Assembly: GCA_965216785.1 (NCBI GenBank) | Contig: OZ244197.1 | Location: 512,001 to 576,000 of the forward strand | Reading direction: 5' to 3' | DNA length: 64,000 bases | Source: Thermodesulfobacteriota bacterium | Lineage (GTDB): Bacteria; Desulfobacterota_D; UBA1144; Nemesobacterales; UBA2774 | In this document: positions 59,138-64,000 of the stretch, one piece after another | Numbering within the stretch: the stretch's first letter is position 1 | How the letters are laid out: each line of letters begins with the position of its first letter | Made by a program: the position numbers and the translations under genes | The notes under the pieces: model-generated | Database searches by the model: none | The model's input: the letters and a program-made list of their open reading frames with translations, nothing else | Told to the model about the DNA's origin: nothing

Positions 59138-60175
59138 TTATGGATATGTTGCAGCGCCTGTAAGTCCTTTGTTTTCTGGGAGCCCGAACATTATATTCAT
59201 ATTTTGCACGGCCTGCCCGGAGGCTCCCTTACCGAGGTTATCGAGCGCGGCTACAATAATTATCATATTATCTCTTTGGGCTAAACCTATCCGGCACATG
59301 TTTGAATATGTTACGTCTTTCACCCCGGGGAGCTTCCCCTTACACAGAAGCGAAACGAAGGGTTCATCACTATAGCGGGCTTTATAAAGTTCATATACCC
59401 GCTCGTAGTCCGCTTTATCATTTAAACGGCAGTAGATGGTAGCGAGTATGCCGCGGTTTATAGGTGCCGTGTGGGGAACAAAGTTTACGTTAATGGGTAC
59501 ATCCATTACCTCGGCAAGCTTTTGCTCCATCTCGGCTTCCTGGTCGCGGGCTGAATCGGGGGCTGGACTCAGGGCCTCGTTTACCTCTGAGAAATGATGC
59601 CCGAGTGAAGGGGCTCGGCCCCCGCCTGAGATAGATGATTTGATGTCGGCTATTATAGAATCTCCGGCTAAAAGCCCGCTTGCAGCAATAGGCAACAGGC
59701 CTAATATAACCGAGGTAGCATAGCATCCCGGGTTTGCAACAAGCACTGCGTCCCGTATCTTTTCCCTGTTCAGCTCGGGCAGTCCGTAAACCGCATTTTG
59801 TAAGTGGTCCTGGTATTTATGATCCTTCTTGAATAAAGTCTTGTAGACTGAGGCGTCACCGAAGCGAAAATCTCTGCTGAAGTCAATTACGCGTGCACCC
59901 GTTTCTAAAAACTTCGATACAAAGCGAGCGGAAATGCCGTGTGGGAGACACGAAAACACGAGGTCAGCCTTATGCTGTTCATTGAGATTGGAGACGCCTA
60001 TGCATTCTATGTCGAGAGAACTCTCGAATTGCGGAAACACACGGGAGATATTCTCACCCGAGAATTTCTCGGAGCTAAGCCAGCAAATCCGGACACCGGG
60101 ATGATTCACTAGGATTCTAAGGAGCTCAGCGCCCGTATATCCTGTTGATCCTAATATACCGATATTTATAGCCAT
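59138..60175 (-). CDS. argC: ArgC-family NAD(P)-dependent reductase (divergent)
   Basis: GSTGYTG, CLPHG, YGLPE, NPGCYAT (catalytic Cys), DNLGKGASGQAVQNMN; the usual HRHxPE motif is replaced by RDQEAE. Confidence 0.8.
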   Translation of the reverse strand: MAINIGILGSTGYTGAELLRILVNHPGVRICWLSSEKFSGENISRVFPQFESSLDIECIGVSNLNEQHKADLVFSCLPHGISARFVSKFLETGARVIDFSRDFRFGDASVYKTLFKKDHKYQDHLQNAVYGLPELNREKIRDAVLVANPGCYATSVILGLLPIAASGLLAGDSIIADIKSSISGGGRAPSLGHHFSEVNEALSPAPDSARDQEAEMEQKLAEVMDVPINVNFVPHTAPINRGILATIYCRLNDKADYERVYELYKARYSDEPFVSLLCKGKLPGVKDVTYSNMCRIGLAQRDNMIIIVAALDNLGKGASGQAVQNMNIMFGLPENKGLTGAATYP

Positions 60176-60241
60176 ATCTATGTACTCAATTCCAAATGCC
60201 AGATATAATCATATATAAAATTTAGTCTATTAGACAGTCAG

Positions 60242-60631
60242 ATGGGTACTAAAACAAGAAGATTTTCACTTTTATTCTTCATTGTCCTTATATCGGCAAA
60301 CATCGTATTATTCACTTCACAGCGATATAGCCCCCCAAGAGCTGAATCAAAATCGTACTCCGTGTTTCACTGCCCCTCGCACGAGAGCAAGCACGGCGTC
60401 TCTTATATAGTATTTCTTCTTACTAGTAAGGAGCAGGAAAACGGCTCTGAGAAGCATTGTTTTTGCTACAGCTGCTGTAACTCAAGAGCCTCGTACGCAC
60501 TTACGACCCAGACTGACGTTTTAAGCCCGGATAAATATGCAAGTTATTTTGCCGTATTTATAGAAGTTATTTACACTGAGAATTTTTATAAAAACTTACC
60601 GATCAGGTCACCTCCCTCGTTTATTTCTTAA
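60242..60631 (+). CDS. DUF2946/CutF-CruR-like leader protein
   Basis: N-terminal hydrophobic export segment, HCFCYSCC (CxxC), C-terminal IRSPP. Confidence 0.75.
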   Translation: MGTKTRRFSLLFFIVLISANIVLFTSQRYSPPRAESKSYSVFHCPSHESKHGVSYIVFLLTSKEQENGSEKHCFCYSCCNSRASYALTTQTDVLSPDKYASYFAVFIEVIYTENFYKNLPIRSPPSFIS

Positions 60632-60804
60632 GAAGGACATCACTATCTGTAAAACCTCGAATTTTTTGTGAATCGAGGATTACGCCCTTTCGCCCGATGG
60701 CCGGGAATGGCAGATTCCCGCCCTCACGCAGATTGCGGGAGTACGTTCTGCGTGTTCCATTTATGAGCCGTAGGGACGAAAGAGGCAAAGAATATATTGG
60801 GAGG
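60611..60804 (+). promoter_or_regulatory. Multibranch RNA structure potentially sequestering the downstream SD
   Basis: CCTCCC(60611-16)/GGGAGG(60799-804); inner stems 60655-60/60673-78, 60684-701/60767-86, 60702-08/60714-20, 60725-32/60747-54. Confidence 0.6.
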
Positions 60805-60809
60805 AAATA

Positions 60810-61913
60810 ATGAAATATTTTAATAATCCGAAAGGATTAATCGCACAGTGCACAGTGCTTACGGTTTTGTTCCTGATGGGTTTTGCTTCAAGCTCAAGCG
60901 CTCAGTCATGCTGTCAAGTCACTGATGCAGACAAATTCCAGAGCAGTCAAACTTTTGACAAAAAGTGGAACGGCGGCAGACCCGACGGGCACGCGCCGAT
61001 AGGGGTAATGGGTGACCATACTCACAGCGCGGGGGAGATTATGTTCACATACCGTTTCATGCTTATGGATATGGACGGGAACCGGGTTGGAACAAAAAAA
61101 GTGAGTAACCAGAGGGTGCTCCGAGACTTTATGGTCACGCCTACGGACATGCAGACGCAGATGCATATGTTCAGTCTGATGTACGCACCGACTGATTACA
61201 TAACACTTATGGGGATGCTCCCTTACGTGAAGAAAGAGATGAACCATCTGACTCGTATGGGGACGCGGTTTAAGACGGAAACTGAAGGGCTCGGCGATAT
61301 TAAGTTTGCGGGCCTCATAAAGATATTCGACAATTACAGTCAGAGGGTGCACATAACCGCCGGACTCAGCTTACCTACCGGGTCGATCGATAAAAAAGAC
61401 AGGACACCCGCGGGACCGAACCAGCAGCTCCCCTACCCTATGCAGCTGGGCTCGGGAACATGGGACCTCCTGCCAGCAGTTACATACCTCGGCCAGTACA
61501 AAGCGGTTTCTTGGGGCTCACAGATTTCCGGTGTTATAAGGCTTGGAGAAAACGATAGAGACTATACTCTCGGGGACCAGTTTGACGCTACGGCCTGGGG
61601 AGCCTGGGACTGGTTTAACTGGGTCAGCACCTCGTACAGGCTAGATTGGTCTTCCTGGGGTAATATTGACGGCGCAGACCCCGCTCTTAACCCGGCGGTG
61701 GTGCCCACCGCTGACCCTAAACTAAGGGGCGGCGACAGGCTGGACATGCTGTTCGGGCTGAATTTCCTTGTAGCGGAGGGACCGAGATTTATCCAAGGCC
61801 AGAGGCTTGCGGTCGAGTTCGGATTTCCTGTGTTCCAGGACCTGAACGGCCCTCAGCTTGAATCTGACTGGGTACTTTGGCTTGGTTGGCAGTACGCCTT
61901 TAAAGCTCACTAG
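60810..61913 (+). CDS. Met/His-rich outer-membrane beta-barrel 'transporter' (MetA-pathway-like family)
   Basis: Signal peptide; RPDGHAPIGVMGDHTH, MQTQMHMFSLMY, GLGDI, LSLPTG, YPMQLGSGTWD, terminal WQYAF. Confidence 0.78.
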   Translation: MKYFNNPKGLIAQCTVLTVLFLMGFASSSSAQSCCQVTDADKFQSSQTFDKKWNGGRPDGHAPIGVMGDHTHSAGEIMFTYRFMLMDMDGNRVGTKKVSNQRVLRDFMVTPTDMQTQMHMFSLMYAPTDYITLMGMLPYVKKEMNHLTRMGTRFKTETEGLGDIKFAGLIKIFDNYSQRVHITAGLSLPTGSIDKKDRTPAGPNQQLPYPMQLGSGTWDLLPAVTYLGQYKAVSWGSQISGVIRLGENDRDYTLGDQFDATAWGAWDWFNWVSTSYRLDWSSWGNIDGADPALNPAVVPTADPKLRGGDRLDMLFGLNFLVAEGPRFIQGQRLAVEFGFPVFQDLNGPQLESDWVLWLGWQYAFKAH

Positions 61914-61935
61914 TCGCTCGTATCGGATAAACAAC

Positions 61936-61974
61936 ATATAGGCTGCGGGTTATGTGGTTACCCGTAGCCTATAT
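61936..61974 (+). terminator. Intrinsic terminator-like hairpin
   Basis: ATATAGGCTGCGGGT...ACCCGTAGCCTATAT followed by T-rich sequence. Confidence 0.7.
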
Positions 61975-62074
61975 TAAATTTTATTATTGTCAGTTAATAT
62001 ATATTGCGAGAGAGTGCTGGTGACAGCATCTTGTTGGATACCGACCGGTAATCAATAGATCGAAGGAGGATGTG

Positions 62075-62947
62075 ATGAAAAAATCCCTGCAATATAAACA
62101 TTTTCTATTAATACTGCTCCTAGCAGTATCGTATGCGTCTTACGGTATAACGGGATGCGGCTCGAACGGAGGCGGCGGAGGCAACAAGAAAGTGACTATT
62201 AACGGCCTTATTGAAGACGTTATCGGCGGATCGGTGGAAGACATTAGGGTCACCGTATTTGAGAACGGTAACCGAAAGGATAGGGATACCACAAACTCAG
62301 CCGGAGAATTCAAACTGAAGTTCAAGCCGAACAACGAAGCTTCATCTGTAGAGATTGAATTTGAGCTTCCGGGCGTAACGTTATCGAGGTTTATAACAGT
62401 AACAAGGGACAGTGGTGTGAACCTGGATATTATTTTAGATACAATCGTACCAAGCGTGACAATAACGGGCTGGACAGTGGATCAGGATCGTCTAAATCTG
62501 TCAAGATTTGATGAGCTCTTGTTTAACGAGAAAGAGGCTACATTCCGGATTGACGGAAACGGAAGGAAGTGTATACAGGCAAACGGGGAAAGCAGGATAG
62601 AAATCACGGCAGAAAGCATCTCACTTATCGACTGCAGTGAAGGAATATCGGCTGAGAGCTTTGGGCTTGTTATACTGGAAGCGATTTTCGATATTAACCT
62701 GATAGCAAAGAATGACGGAATTAAATCCAAGGACAATTCCTCGGTAACTCTCGCGATGACCAGTGACGCGGAAGATAATAATATATTTATCACATCGACC
62801 AAAGAAAACGGCATTCGGGCTTCGGGCTCATCGAACGTTTTGATTGACCCGCAGAACCAGTGCACGATAACGGGAGCGAAAAACGCGATCAACCAGAGCG
62901 GCACTTCCACGGTTGATCCTGACGGCTGCACACTGGTAGTACCATAA
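62075..62947 (+). CDS. Lipoprotein with beta-sandwich and beta-helix-like region
   Basis: Lipobox ITGC then GSNGGGG linker; repeated 'I...DGI.S' rungs; GTG 62072 or ATG 62075 start. Confidence 0.7.
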   Translation: MKKSLQYKHFLLILLLAVSYASYGITGCGSNGGGGGNKKVTINGLIEDVIGGSVEDIRVTVFENGNRKDRDTTNSAGEFKLKFKPNNEASSVEIEFELPGVTLSRFITVTRDSGVNLDIILDTIVPSVTITGWTVDQDRLNLSRFDELLFNEKEATFRIDGNGRKCIQANGESRIEITAESISLIDCSEGISAESFGLVILEAIFDINLIAKNDGIKSKDNSSVTLAMTSDAEDNNIFITSTKENGIRASGSSNVLIDPQNQCTITGAKNAINQSGTSTVDPDGCTLVVP

Positions 62948-62998
62948 GTAGAGTCGACAGAAGCTGTAGTGTTGCCGAGAAGTGGAGTTCTGACCTCG

Positions 62999-64000
62999 TC
63001 AGTGGGCTTCCGCCCAGTTAGAGCCTGTGCCGACGTCTACTTTTATGGGGACGCTTAGATCGTAAGCCCCCTCCATTTCGCTCTTTACCATTTCAGTGAG
63101 CTCTTGAGCTTCATCCTCTTTGACCTCAAAGAGGAGCTCATCGTGGACCTGGAGAATCATTCTGGATTCCAGGCCTGACTGTAATTTATCATGAATACGT
63201 ATCATGGCAATGTTAATGATATCGGCGGCAGAACCCTGGATGGGCGTGTTCATGGCAGCCCGCTCGCCGAAACCCCTCCTGTTCCTGTCGCCAGAGAGAA
63301 GCTCGGGAATGTAGCGCCTACGCCCTAGAATTGTTTCTGCGTAACCGCGGCTCTGGGCGAGGGCAACCGACTGATCTATGTATTCCCGGACCTTACCGTA
63401 CCGCTTGAAATATTCATCTATATAGCTCTTCGCGATAGAAACAGAGGTGCCTAGCTGTTTTGCGAGACCGAAAGCGCTGATGCCGTATATGATGCCGAAA
63501 TTTATATTCTTCGATAACCTTCTCATATCGGGAGTTACAAGGTCCTCGGATACTCCGAATATTTCCGCAGCTGTGCGGTTATGAATGTCGCTCCCATTTA
63601 TAAACGCCTCGGTGAGGCTGTCATCACCCGAGAAGTGCGCAAGGAGCCTGAGCTCGATTTGAGAGTAATCGGCAGAGAGTAGAATAAACCCCTGTTCGGG
63701 GACAAAGGCCTCGCGTATGCGCCTGCCCTGAGCGGTCTTAATGGGAATGTTCTGGAGGTTCGGGTCGCTTGATGACAACCTGCCTGTGGAAGAGCCGACG
63801 GGGTTAAAAGAGGTGTGTATTCTCCCGGTGTCGGGGTTAATGAGCTTAGGAAGAGCATCTACATATGTGGATTTAAGCTTAGCAAGGGTCCTGTGCTCAA
63901 GCACCTTTTCGGGGACTTGATGGAATTTGCTCAAGTCTGTCAGGACTTCTACATCAGTGGAAGGCTCTCCTGTTTTTGTGAGCTTCTTTTTTGGCAAGTC
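62999..64000 (-). CDS. polA: DNA polymerase I, C-terminal polymerase domain (5' truncated by window)
   Basis: TGRLSS.DPNLQNIP, DYSQIELR, KNINFGIIYG, NTPIQGSAAD, QVHDEL. Confidence 0.97.
   Translation of the reverse strand, partial: DLPKKKLTKTGEPSTDVEVLTDLSKFHQVPEKVLEHRTLAKLKSTYVDALPKLINPDTGRIHTSFNPVGSSTGRLSSSDPNLQNIPIKTAQGRRIREAFVPEQGFILLSADYSQIELRLLAHFSGDDSLTEAFINGSDIHNRTAAEIFGVSEDLVTPDMRRLSKNINFGIIYGISAFGLAKQLGTSVSIAKSYIDEYFKRYGKVREYIDQSVALAQSRGYAETILGRRRYIPELLSGDRNRRGFGERAAMNTPIQGSAADIINIAMIRIHDKLQSGLESRMILQVHDELLFEVKEDEAQELTEMVKSEMEGAYDLSVPIKVDVGTGSNWAEAH

Noticed and set aside
60185-60200. TGGCAT on the minus strand upstream of argC as a sigma54 promoter
   Set aside because: No GC at the -12 position (TGGCATTTGGAATTGA)

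Overview
Bacterial chromosomal window that is mostly core genome. Gene content suggests a deltaproteobacteria-like lineage (Desulfobacterota/Dadabacteria-type); this is an inference, not a search result. Left part: ribD 3' end, nadD-rsfS, the dcw cluster on the minus strand (mraZ to ftsZ, no ddl) and a divergent DUF4911-murJ pair. Next come a secreted GH5 endoglucanase with two CBM2 modules, TPR-aroQ, recJ, an SPFH protein, gcvTHP and def. These are followed by exported AlsD-like and cyclase-like enzymes, a cysteine desulfurase, an NTPase, a Rieske-ThDP oxidase fusion, a 24-Cys repeat protein, glycerate kinase and kefFC. The right part holds a PilB-N/receiver fusion, glnB-glnA, a stand-alone nuoJKL, nth flanked by REP-like palindromes, a variant sigma70 and a divergent argC-adenylase-ACP operon. 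It ends with a DUF2946-like leader upstream of a Met/His-rich outer-membrane protein, a lipoprotein and the polA 3' part. No tRNA, rRNA, CRISPR array, transposase or integrase was seen. The most interesting signals are (i) a likely metal-sensing ribosome-arrest leader whose Pro-Pro codons can pair with the downstream SD across a multibranch RNA, (ii) an ArgC homologue lacking the HRH motif, coupled to an adenylating enzyme and ACP, (iii) four sigma54 promoters, one on the cellulase with tandem UAS and a ~100-nt structured 5'UTR, (iv) a secreted triple CX3CX6CX3C-hairpin protein with P-loop-like turns, and (v) a duplicated MraZ operator.
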